From assembly GCA_002422525.1 (NCBI GenBank), contig DIWA01000026.1:264843-328842 (forward strand): a stretch of DNA of 64,000 bases, in the 5' to 3' direction. A model generated the notes under the pieces. It was given only the letters and a program-made list of their open reading frames with translations. It ran no database searches and had not been told where the DNA came from. The position numbers and the translations under genes are program-made. The stretch comes from Candidatus Hydrogenedentes bacterium UBA6118. GTDB lineage: Bacteria; Hydrogenedentota; Hydrogenedentia; Hydrogenedentales; SLHB01. Shown piece after piece: positions 45,664 through 53,664 of the stretch (within the stretch, counting starts at the first letter, position 1; each line of letters begins with the position of its first letter).

Positions 45664-47073
45664 TCAGAACTCCGCCGACTTCGGCGTGCGCGGGAAGGGG
45701 ATCACGTCGCGGATGTTCGCCATCCCCGTCGCGAACTGGACGGTCCGCTCGAAACCCAGACCAAACCCCGCGTGGGGAACCGTGCCGTAGCGGCGCAGGT
45801 CCACATACCACCAGTAGGCCTCCGGGTCGAGCCCGCATTCCGCCATCCGCCGCAGCAGCACATCGCGCCGCTCTTCGCGCTGACTCCCGCCGATGATCTC
45901 TCCGATCTTCGGGGCCAGCACGTCCATCGCCGCCACGGTCCGCTCGTCGTCGTTCAGGCGCATGTAGAACGCCTTGATGTCCTTCGGGTAGTCGTACACG
46001 ATCACCGGCCGACCCACGAGCTTCTCGGTCAGATACCGCTCATGCTCGCTCTGCAGGTCCAGCCCCCACGCCACGGGCAGTTCGAACGCCTCGCCGGACT
46101 GCTCGAGCGCGCGAACGGCCTCCGTGTAGCTCATCCGCTCGAAGGGGCTCGCCACGATGTGTTCGAGCGTCGCGATCGCCGTGTCGTCCACCCACTGGTT
46201 GAACAACGCCATGTCCTCGGGGCAGCGTTCGAGCACGGCGGCGAACAGCGCCTTGATGTACGCCTCCGCGAGGTCCATGTCGCCCTCGAGATCGCAGAAG
46301 GCCATCTCCGGCTCGATCATCCAGAACTCCGCCAGATGCCGCGACGTGTTCGAGTTCTCCGCGCGGAACGTCGGCCCGAACGTGTAGACGTTCGTCAGGG
46401 CGCACGCGTACGTCTCCGCGACCAACTGCCCGCTGACGGTCAGGTAGGTCTTGCGCCCGAAGAAGTCCTCGGCGTAGTCCACGCCGCCGTCGGCCTCGCG
46501 CGGCGGCGCCGCCGGGTCCAGCGTCGTCACCTGAAACATCGCCCCGGCGCCCTCACAGTCGCTCGCGGTGATGATCGGCGCGTGCAGATAGAGAAAGCCC
46601 TGGCCCTGGAAGAACTCATGCGTGGCGTAGGCGAGCTGGTTCCGCACCCGCGCGACCGCCCCGAACACGTTCGACCGCGCCCGTAGATGCGCGATCTCCC
46701 GCAGGAACTCCATGCTGTGCCGCTTCTTCTGCATCGGGTACGCGTCGGGCTGCTCGACCCACCCCAAGACCTCGATCGCCGTCGCGGCGATCTCGACGTT
46801 CTGGCCCTTGCCCGGCGACTCCCGCAGTTCGCCTTCCACGCGCACGCTGCACCCCGTGGTCAGGCGCAGCACCTCGGATTCGTAGTTCGGCAGCGATCCA
46901 TCGGCGACCACCTGTATGCCCCGCACGCAAGACCCGTCGTTCACCTCGATGAACGAGAACCCGCCCTTCGAGTCGCGCCGCGTGCGCACCCACCCCTGCA
47001 CCTCCGCGCGCGCGCCGTAGTCCGTGCGCTGCAACAGCGCCTTGACCCGCCGCTCGGCATCCACTGTCCTCAT
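45664..47073 (-). CDS. asnS: asparagine--tRNA ligase
   Basis: Class II motif 2 [21 protein letters not shown]; motif 3 [10 protein letters not shown]; GGSQREER. Confidence 0.9.
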   Translation of the reverse strand: MRTVDAERRVKALLQRTDYGARAEVQGWVRTRRDSKGGFSFIEVNDGSCVRGIQVVADGSLPNYESEVLRLTTGCSVRVEGELRESPGKGQNVEIAATAIEVLGWVEQPDAYPMQKKRHSMEFLREIAHLRARSNVFGAVARVRNQLAYATHEFFQGQGFLYLHAPIITASDCEGAGAMFQVTTLDPAAPPREADGGVDYAEDFFGRKTYLTVSGQLVAETYACALTNVYTFGPTFRAENSNTSRHLAEFWMIEPEMAFCDLEGDMDLAEAYIKALFAAVLERCPEDMALFNQWVDDTAIATLEHIVASPFERMSYTEAVRALEQSGEAFELPVAWGLDLQSEHERYLTEKLVGRPVIVYDYPKDIKAFYMRLNDDERTVAAMDVLAPKIGEIIGGSQREERRDVLLRRMAECGLDPEAYWWYVDLRRYGTVPHAGFGLGFERTVQFATGMANIRDVIPFPRTPKSAEF

Positions 47074-47416
47074 GCGTAGTCCTGTCCTTTCCGCCCCTTA
47101 GATTGGCGTCCACGCGCCCCGTCGGGCCGGATTATATCGCCGCGAGCAGCGCCGCGCCACCGAGACGGCCCGAGCGCCCCGGCATGTCCGGACCCTGTGT
47201 TCAGGACAGTTATGTACTGAACGCTTGTGTCATGCGACCGGACGCCCGCGGCTGGCCTGCTCCTGTCGGCAACCCAGACAAAAACCCGCAAACCTGCCCT
47301 GCGTAGCGCGTTACAGCCGATCCATTCCCCGCGATCCGCCGCCCGGCGCCCTTGGCATATATCATGCTTCAACTTGGGAACCACTGCGAACGAATCCCGA
47401 CGACCCCCGGCGCCCC

Positions 47417-47782
47417 ATGGCAATCATCGTGGTCATAGAAGACGAGCCGGTCTTGCGGCTGACGTTTCGGCACATTCTCGAAGCCGAAGGGCACGAAGTG
47501 TGGGAGGCCGACAACGGCCGTACGGGACTCGCCCTCTGCCGCAGCAAGCGGCCCGACCTCGTTATCACCGACCTGATCATGCCCGAGCTGACCGGCGCCG
47601 AGGCCGTGACCATCCTCGACCGCGAACTCCCGAACACCCCGGTCATCGCGATGTCCGGCATGGAATCCGACGTGCCGGAGGAGATCGCCGAGCGGACCGC
47701 GCGGTTCCGGTTCGTGCTCAAGCCCGTGAAGCCGCAGACCCTGCGCACCCTCGTCGGTACAATGCTCGCGCCGGGCGCGTGA
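47417..47782 (+). CDS. single-domain response regulator (CheY-like receiver)
   Basis: IIVVIEDEP, DLVITDLIMPELTG, IAMSG. Confidence 0.75.
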   Translation: MAIIVVIEDEPVLRLTFRHILEAEGHEVWEADNGRTGLALCRSKRPDLVITDLIMPELTGAEAVTILDRELPNTPVIAMSGMESDVPEEIAERTARFRFVLKPVKPQTLRTLVGTMLAPGA

Positions 47783-47956
47783 GCCCAAGCGCCGGCGCGC
47801 CGCTGCAGACCGCCCTCCCGACGGATCCCATGTGTCCCGTTTGACGTCCGACCGTCCCCGTGCTACGGTGCGGACGCCCGCGCGCACGGGCCAGATCGCG
47901 GACCGAGTGCGCGGCGCGCCGACCGGTCGGCGGAGTGAAGGGGGTTTGACGCACGC

Positions 47957-48706
47957 ATGGTATCCACCTGGGTCGTGACGCCGTGCTACAACGAAGAGCG
48001 GCGCTTGCCCGTGAAGGCGTTCGAGGCCTATCTGGCCGAGCGCGATGACGTCGGGTTCTGCTTCGTCGACGCCAACAGCGACGACGACACGGGGCCGCTT
48101 CTGCGCGAGATCGTTGCGCGCCATCCGGACCGCACCGCGTTCACCGCCACGCCGGGACGCCACGGCAAAGCCCAGGCCGTCCGCGCGGGCGTGTTGCACG
48201 CATGCGAACTGCCCGGGGTCGAGCGCATCGGCTACTGGGACGCCGACCTGGCCGCCCCGCTCTCGGAAGTCACCCGCTTCATCGCGCTGTTCCACGAGCG
48301 GCCGGAAGTCCGGTTCGTCTGCGGCGCGCGCGTGCGACGGCTCGGCGCGCGGATCGCACGGCCCGCCGTACGCCGCTATCTCGGCCGCGCATTCGCCACC
48401 GCCGCCGGACGCCTCCTCCACATGCCCGTGTACGACACGCAGTGCGGCGCGAAGATGCTGGACGCCGCGCTCGCCGCCGAGCTCTTCGCGGAACCCTTCC
48501 TCTCACAATGGGTGTTCGACGTCGAGCTGCTCGCCCGGGCCCGACGCCGCTTGGGCGACGCCTTCCCCGAGGCCGTCGTCGAGCTGCCGCTGGAGGCGTG
48601 GGAAGAGGTCGCGGGATCGCGGCTTCGGCCAATCGACTTCCTCTGGGCCGGCGTACAGCTCGTGCGCATCGCCGCGAAGTACCGCCGTCCCGCGGCGCGA
48701 GATTAG
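47957..48706 (+). CDS. family-2 glycosyltransferase (ArnC/GtrB/DPM1-like polyprenyl-phosphate sugar synthase)
   Basis: VVTPCYNEE, FVDANSDD, YWDADL. Confidence 0.75.
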   Translation: MVSTWVVTPCYNEERRLPVKAFEAYLAERDDVGFCFVDANSDDDTGPLLREIVARHPDRTAFTATPGRHGKAQAVRAGVLHACELPGVERIGYWDADLAAPLSEVTRFIALFHERPEVRFVCGARVRRLGARIARPAVRRYLGRAFATAAGRLLHMPVYDTQCGAKMLDAALAAELFAEPFLSQWVFDVELLARARRRLGDAFPEAVVELPLEAWEEVAGSRLRPIDFLWAGVQLVRIAAKYRRPAARD

Positions 48707-48786
48707 CGGAACCTTCCCGCCTCTGCTATCATGCGCGCGCTCTGCGGCGGGCAACCGCGGACCAACCGGCCGGAGGTTCACAGCGC

Positions 48787-49590
48787 GTGGTCTACATCAA
48801 AGCGATTCTGCTCGGCATTGTTGAAGGCTTCACGGAATTCCTGCCAATCAGCAGCACAGGCCACCTGGTGCTCGTCGAGGACTACCTGAGCCTCGACCAG
48901 GGCCAAGCGTTCACCAACACCTTCCACGTGGCCATCCAGTTGCCCGCCATCGCGGCGGTCGTGGTGTACTTCTGGTCACGGCTCTGGCCGTTCAGCGGGC
49001 CCCGTGAGGCGCAACGCCAACGGCTGCTGCTCTGGACGAAGATCATCGTCGCCGTGCTGCCCGCCATCGTGCTGGGACTGCTGTTCGACGACCTGATCGA
49101 GGCCCATCTGCTCTCCCCGGTCCCCGTGGCGATCGCCCTGCTGGTCGGCGGGATCATCCTGATCGCCATCGAGCGCCGGCATTCGGTCGCCCGCCTGACC
49201 ACGACGGAAGCCCTGCCGTACCTCACCGCGCTATGGATCGGCTTCTTCCAGTGCCTGGCCATGATACCCGGCACTTCGCGCTCTGCGTCGACCATCATCG
49301 GCGCGATGCTGCTCGGGGCGTCCCGGCCCGTCGCGGCGGAGTTCTCCTTCTTCCTGGCGATCCCCACCATGCTCGGCGCGACCACGCTCACCCTGGCCAA
49401 GCACAGCGGCGGGTTCACCCCGCGGCAGTGGGCCCTGCTGGCCATCGGCGGCATCGTGTCGTTCGTCACCGCCTATGCGGTCATCGCCGCATTCATGGGC
49501 TACATTCGCAAGCACGACTTCCAGGTGTTCGGCTACTACCGCATCGTCCTCGGCGCGATCGTACTCCTCGCCTGGCTATTCCGCGGATAG
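48787..49590 (+). CDS. uppP: undecaprenyl-diphosphatase
   Basis: GTG start. LLGIVEGFTEFLPISSTGHL and IPGTSRSASTIIG motifs. 8 TM helices. 267 aa. Confidence 0.85.
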   Translation: MVYIKAILLGIVEGFTEFLPISSTGHLVLVEDYLSLDQGQAFTNTFHVAIQLPAIAAVVVYFWSRLWPFSGPREAQRQRLLLWTKIIVAVLPAIVLGLLFDDLIEAHLLSPVPVAIALLVGGIILIAIERRHSVARLTTTEALPYLTALWIGFFQCLAMIPGTSRSASTIIGAMLLGASRPVAAEFSFFLAIPTMLGATTLTLAKHSGGFTPRQWALLAIGGIVSFVTAYAVIAAFMGYIRKHDFQVFGYYRIVLGAIVLLAWLFRG

Positions 49591-49607
49591 GCGCACCGAC
49601 GCGCCGC

Positions 49608-51767
49608 TCAGTAGCGCCCTTCAGGAACCAGTTCCAGACCGGTGTACCCGGAGAGCTGGTTGATCGTGAAGCTCTTGACCACGGTGTGCCCGCGCTTCAC
49701 GTCGTACGTGCCCAGGCACATGCCCTCTTCGAACACCCCGTTCTGCACGAGAAACTCGATCCACATCCGCGCCCGCTCCGCGTCGCCGCCCGTGACGAAC
49801 AGCCCGTCGCGTCCGACCAGCTCCTCCCAGCCGCCCCAGAGGTCGTACTGGTTCATGCGGCGCTGAATCGGGATGCAGTACGCGCGCGGACGCCCCGGCG
49901 CGTAGAACGCGAGCCACGCGGTGAGCTGGTAGCGATCGCTGAACAGGAACGGCCCCTCGTCGGGGTCATAGTCCAGCGCTTCCAGCGCGGCGCCCAGCTC
50001 GCGCCCGCCCCGCAGCTTGTTCGTCGGGTCGTCGTCCGGATCGATCTCCATCCCGAGCAGATGGAGACGATCGTCGCGTTCATCCAGGCTCGGTTCGGCC
50101 CCGAGCAGGTAGATCACGTCCGTGGACCGCGCCGCCGCGCCGAGCAGGCACCCCAACGCGATCCCGGCGGCCAGCAGCCGTGTCATCCCGCGCCCGCGAG
50201 GGCGCTGCACCCAGGCCCAGCCGAGGGCGATGGCCGCGGCCGGATACGCCGCCACGGGCCAGTTCGCCTGCGGCGGCCGCGTGAACGACACGACCAGGTA
50301 GAACGCGAACAGCACGCCGAAGCACAGGAGCAGGTAGGCCGCATCGCGATCCGCCCGCGCCTTGCGCGCGCATTGCCACACCGCCCACGCGAACAAGCCG
50401 AACAGGATCGGCGACACCACGCCCCCCGCCTGCGCGCCAAGGAACTCGGCGACCTGCGCCAACGACCGGCCGAGCGACCAGCCGCCCTCATCCAGGCCGA
50501 TCGCGGCGGTGTGGCGGAACGACACCCAGTCGTGCTGCGCGTTCCAGTAGATCACGCCGGTCTGCAGCGCGACCGCGATCAACAGCGCGAGCCACGGCCC
50601 GCGCGTGCGGAGACTGCGTCGGTCCACGAGGATCAGGTACAGCGCGAAGCTCAGGAGCAGCACGGCCATGGTGAACTTGGACAGCATGCCCAGCCCCAAC
50701 GCCGCGCCCGTGAGCGCCCACATGCCGCGCTCGCCCGCCGCCGCACGGTGGAACGCGTACATCGCCAACAGCCAGAAGAACACCAGGATCGGGTCGATCG
50801 TGATGAGCGCAGACCCGACCCACGTCGCGGGCATGGCCAACGCCGCAATCGCCGCCACGAGCGCCGCCCGTTCGCTCTGCGCGATCCGCAACGTCAGCGC
50901 GTAGACCAGCGCGAGCGCCCCCGCGGACAGGAGCATCGCCGCGCTGCGAATCGCCGTTTCGTTGTTGCCCCCCGCGCTGGCGAAGATGCCAATGACATAG
51001 GCCACCATCGGCGGTTTGCTGTAGTAACAGAGGTCGAGCCGGCGCGACCAGTCCCAGTACTGCGCCTCGTCGCCCGCCAAGTCGAACACGCCGAGGTAGA
51101 GGAACGCGAAGGTCGACGCGACCCAGATCCCCAAGATCCAATGGAAAACCTTCCGCTCGGGCGCATAGCTCGGTCGGGCCGTCTCGGGCGCTCCCGGCGG
51201 ACCCCAGATCCGCGCCACGAGCCAGAACGCGCACCGGTAGGCTGCGTACCCCGCCGCGGCGCCCCATGCATATCCCGCCAACACCTGGCTGGGGTAGTGG
51301 TTGCCCGTGTAGACCCGCGAAAGCCCCACCATCAGCGCGATCGGCACGCACAACCACGCCGTCCGCCGTCGGACAAGGAACAGCACGACCGCCGCGGCCG
51401 CCGCGTTGGCCGCGTGCGACGAAGGCATGCCATGGCTCTTTCGGTTGTCGAACGGGTACCACTCCGACTGGTACACGATCCACTGCCCGCTCCGGTGCAG
51501 ATGCACCGAGTCTTCCCGGGCATACGGGCGCTCCTGCTGAAACAACGGCTTGAAGACGCGCTCCGATCCCAAGTCCGCCGCCGCCGCCGCCAACACGACC
51601 GCGAGAACCACGGTCCGCGCATGGCGCCCGCCGAAGTAGCACACCAGCGCCGCCGCCAGCGCGCCCGGAATCACCACATAGTTCTTGTCCGAGAACACCG
51701 GCATGACCGCATCGAGCAGCGGAGATCGGAGGGTGTCATTGATGAAATGAAACAGCCACGCATCCAT
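49608..51767 (-). CDS. fusion protein: N-terminal PAP2 lipid phosphatase + C-terminal GT83/ArnT-PMT-like polyprenyl-phosphate-sugar-dependent glycosyltransferase
   Basis: PAP2 motifs KPLFQQERPY, PSSHAANAAA, SRVYTGNHYPSQV. ArnT-like DEAQYWDWSRRLDLCYYSKPPMVAYV followed by ~10 TM helices and a periplasmic C-terminal domain. Confidence 0.75.
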   Translation of the reverse strand: MDAWLFHFINDTLRSPLLDAVMPVFSDKNYVVIPGALAAALVCYFGGRHARTVVLAVVLAAAAADLGSERVFKPLFQQERPYAREDSVHLHRSGQWIVYQSEWYPFDNRKSHGMPSSHAANAAAAAVVLFLVRRRTAWLCVPIALMVGLSRVYTGNHYPSQVLAGYAWGAAAGYAAYRCAFWLVARIWGPPGAPETARPSYAPERKVFHWILGIWVASTFAFLYLGVFDLAGDEAQYWDWSRRLDLCYYSKPPMVAYVIGIFASAGGNNETAIRSAAMLLSAGALALVYALTLRIAQSERAALVAAIAALAMPATWVGSALITIDPILVFFWLLAMYAFHRAAAGERGMWALTGAALGLGMLSKFTMAVLLLSFALYLILVDRRSLRTRGPWLALLIAVALQTGVIYWNAQHDWVSFRHTAAIGLDEGGWSLGRSLAQVAEFLGAQAGGVVSPILFGLFAWAVWQCARKARADRDAAYLLLCFGVLFAFYLVVSFTRPPQANWPVAAYPAAAIALGWAWVQRPRGRGMTRLLAAGIALGCLLGAAARSTDVIYLLGAEPSLDERDDRLHLLGMEIDPDDDPTNKLRGGRELGAALEALDYDPDEGPFLFSDRYQLTAWLAFYAPGRPRAYCIPIQRRMNQYDLWGGWEELVGRDGLFVTGGDAERARMWIEFLVQNGVFEEGMCLGTYDVKRGHTVVKSFTINQLSGYTGLELVPEGRY

Positions 51768-51810
51768 GCGCGCGAGTATACGGAAACCCGTAGAGACGAT
51801 CCACGAACGG

Positions 51811-51927
51811 CCCTGCCCCGCGTCCCATGCCGGTTACCCGTAGGGGCGATTCACGAATCGCCCAGCCCCGCGTCCCCCCGATCACCGTAGGGGCGATTCA
51901 CGAATCGCCCCATTGACGAATCGCCCC
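51811..51927. repeat. two ~48-bp tandem repeats, each containing a perfect 20-22-bp palindrome GGGGCGATTCACGAATCGCCCC (plus a degenerate third copy)
   Basis: Read directly from the sequence. Palindrome centres lie ~84 and ~131 bp upstream of the PAP2-GT83 ATG and just 3' of ssrA. No T-run follows. Confidence 0.5.
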
Positions 51928-51974
51928 ATTCTATGCGAATGGCTCCGACTTGCCAGCCGAAGCCTTGGCGAAAA

Positions 51975-52331
51975 TGGTGGAGGCGGCGGGAATCGAACCC
52001 GCGTCCGAAGGTGCATCGACGTAAGCGTCTACGTGTGTAGCCCGTCCTTTAGGATTCGCCGCCTTGGACCGCGTCGGGCTCGCTGACCAAGGCCGCTAGG
52101 CGGAGGACGTACTCTCCACCGACGGCTCCGCCGTCCCTCGGCTTCGAGGCCTGCTGTCGACGCCTTAGCCCCCTAGCAGGCGGTCAGGGGTAAGACGGGA
52201 GGCCTAAGTTAGGCCGCCATTGCCAAAGGTTCGTTGGCAGTTGTGAAATGATCGGCTTTTTACGAGGCCAGCCGACCAACCTCGACACGCAACTCACGCT
52301 TCATCACCCCCGTCGAAACCTTGTCGCCCCC
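51975..52331 (-). ncRNA. ssrA: tmRNA (transfer-messenger RNA)
   Basis: 5' GGGGGCGACAAGGTTTCGACGGGGG and 3' GGGTTCGATTCCCGCCGCCTCCACCA. Internal tag ORF GCC AAC GAA CCT TTG GCA ATG GCG GCC TAA encodes ANEPLAMAA. Confidence 0.8.
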
Positions 52332-52524
52332 ACTTGAAGGGAAGGCCGGGCGCGGTGAACCGCCGCGCCGAAGGGGAAATCGCGCTGTCCATAGTATGCC
52401 ATACACGCCCACGGAACGCCAATCGCCCCGACCCGACGAAGTTCGCGTTCAGTCTCCGCATACCCGTAGGATAGGGACTCCGCGTCGGGCGGAGAGGCGC
52501 ACGGAGCGCAGGGAGGCCGGAGAT

Positions 52525-53634
52525 ATGTGGCAGCGAGTGGTGTTGGCGAGCGTGTTGGCGACGGCGTCCGCGTCGGCGCAGGAAACGGCGGACGTTCCGG
52601 CGCAGGCCGCCCCGGACCGCGGGGACGATATCCTGGTCGGCGTGTCGTACTTCGCCGGGTGGTGGGAAGCGCAGCCGAACAAGTGGACCCGCCGCGACGG
52701 GTCCGACTGGCGTCCCGACTTCCCCGAGCGGATCCCGGTACTGGGCCAGTACAACGCGCAGGACGTGATGAACCGCGAGATCGTCGCCGCGGCCGAGTAC
52801 GGGGTCGACTTCTTCATGATCCTGTGGTACCCGAAGCCGGGCGGCGAGCACCCGGAGCCGAACGCGGCGAACCTCGAACGCGGGCTGCTCGACTTCATGG
52901 CCTCCCCCGAGGCGCACCGCATGAAGTTCATGGTCGAGTTCTGCAACCACCGCCCCTACAACGTGCGCACGGATGAAGACTGGGAAGCCTGCATCGAGGT
53001 CTTCCTCAAGGCCTTCGCCCATCCGAGTCATCTTCGCATCGACGGCAAGATCCCCATCAAGGTCCACAGCTCGTGGGACTTCTATCGCGACGCGGATGAG
53101 GATGTAGAAGTCTGCCGGGCGCGGATCGAGCGGCTGCGCGAGGCCGCGCGCGACGCCGGTCTGGGCGAGCTGCTCGTAGGCGTCGGCGTCGGCGGCCAAG
53201 GGGCGATCGGTCCGGACAACTGGGTCGTGGGCATGTTCGACTGGACCGGCACGTACATGGACCTGCCGCAGCTCGAGCAGCGGGAGGAAGACTACCCCTA
53301 CGAAGAGCTCACGGGGTTCGCGCGGACGGGCCGTCTCATGCACGCCCAGGGGCCGCTGCCGTACGTGCCTTACCTGCCGTCGGGCTGGAACCCGCGCCCG
53401 TGGTCGGATCCGCGCGCGAGCTTCGCCCTGCCGACGCGGGCGCAATGGACGGCGACGCTCGAGGAGCTGCGGCAAGACCTGATCGCGCAGCCGAACTTGG
53501 GCTTCCCGGGACGCCCGGCGTTCACGATCTACGCCTGGAACGAGTTCGGCGAGGGCGGCATGGTCGCGCCGACCGCGGGCGAGCAGTACATGAAGCTCGA
53601 GGCAATCCGCGACGTGTTCAAGCCCCAGCGCTGA
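52525..53634 (+). CDS. secreted hypothetical protein, putative glycoside hydrolase (TIM-barrel-like)
   Basis: Signal peptide MWQRVVLASVLATASASAQE with a GGGAGG RBS. No confident family. The track ORF starts upstream at TTG 52321, overlapping ssrA. Confidence 0.55.
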   Translation: MWQRVVLASVLATASASAQETADVPAQAAPDRGDDILVGVSYFAGWWEAQPNKWTRRDGSDWRPDFPERIPVLGQYNAQDVMNREIVAAAEYGVDFFMILWYPKPGGEHPEPNAANLERGLLDFMASPEAHRMKFMVEFCNHRPYNVRTDEDWEACIEVFLKAFAHPSHLRIDGKIPIKVHSSWDFYRDADEDVEVCRARIERLREAARDAGLGELLVGVGVGGQGAIGPDNWVVGMFDWTGTYMDLPQLEQREEDYPYEELTGFARTGRLMHAQGPLPYVPYLPSGWNPRPWSDPRASFALPTRAQWTATLEELRQDLIAQPNLGFPGRPAFTIYAWNEFGEGGMVAPTAGEQYMKLEAIRDVFKPQR

Positions 53635-53664
53635 CGCGCGCAACGAACCCGAGGAGGTCTCCAG

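Noticed and set aside
51811-51927. Palindromic repeats as rho-independent terminators of ssrA
   Set aside because: No U-tract follows either hairpin on the ssrA-sense strand. They are retained as operator or REP-like repeats instead.
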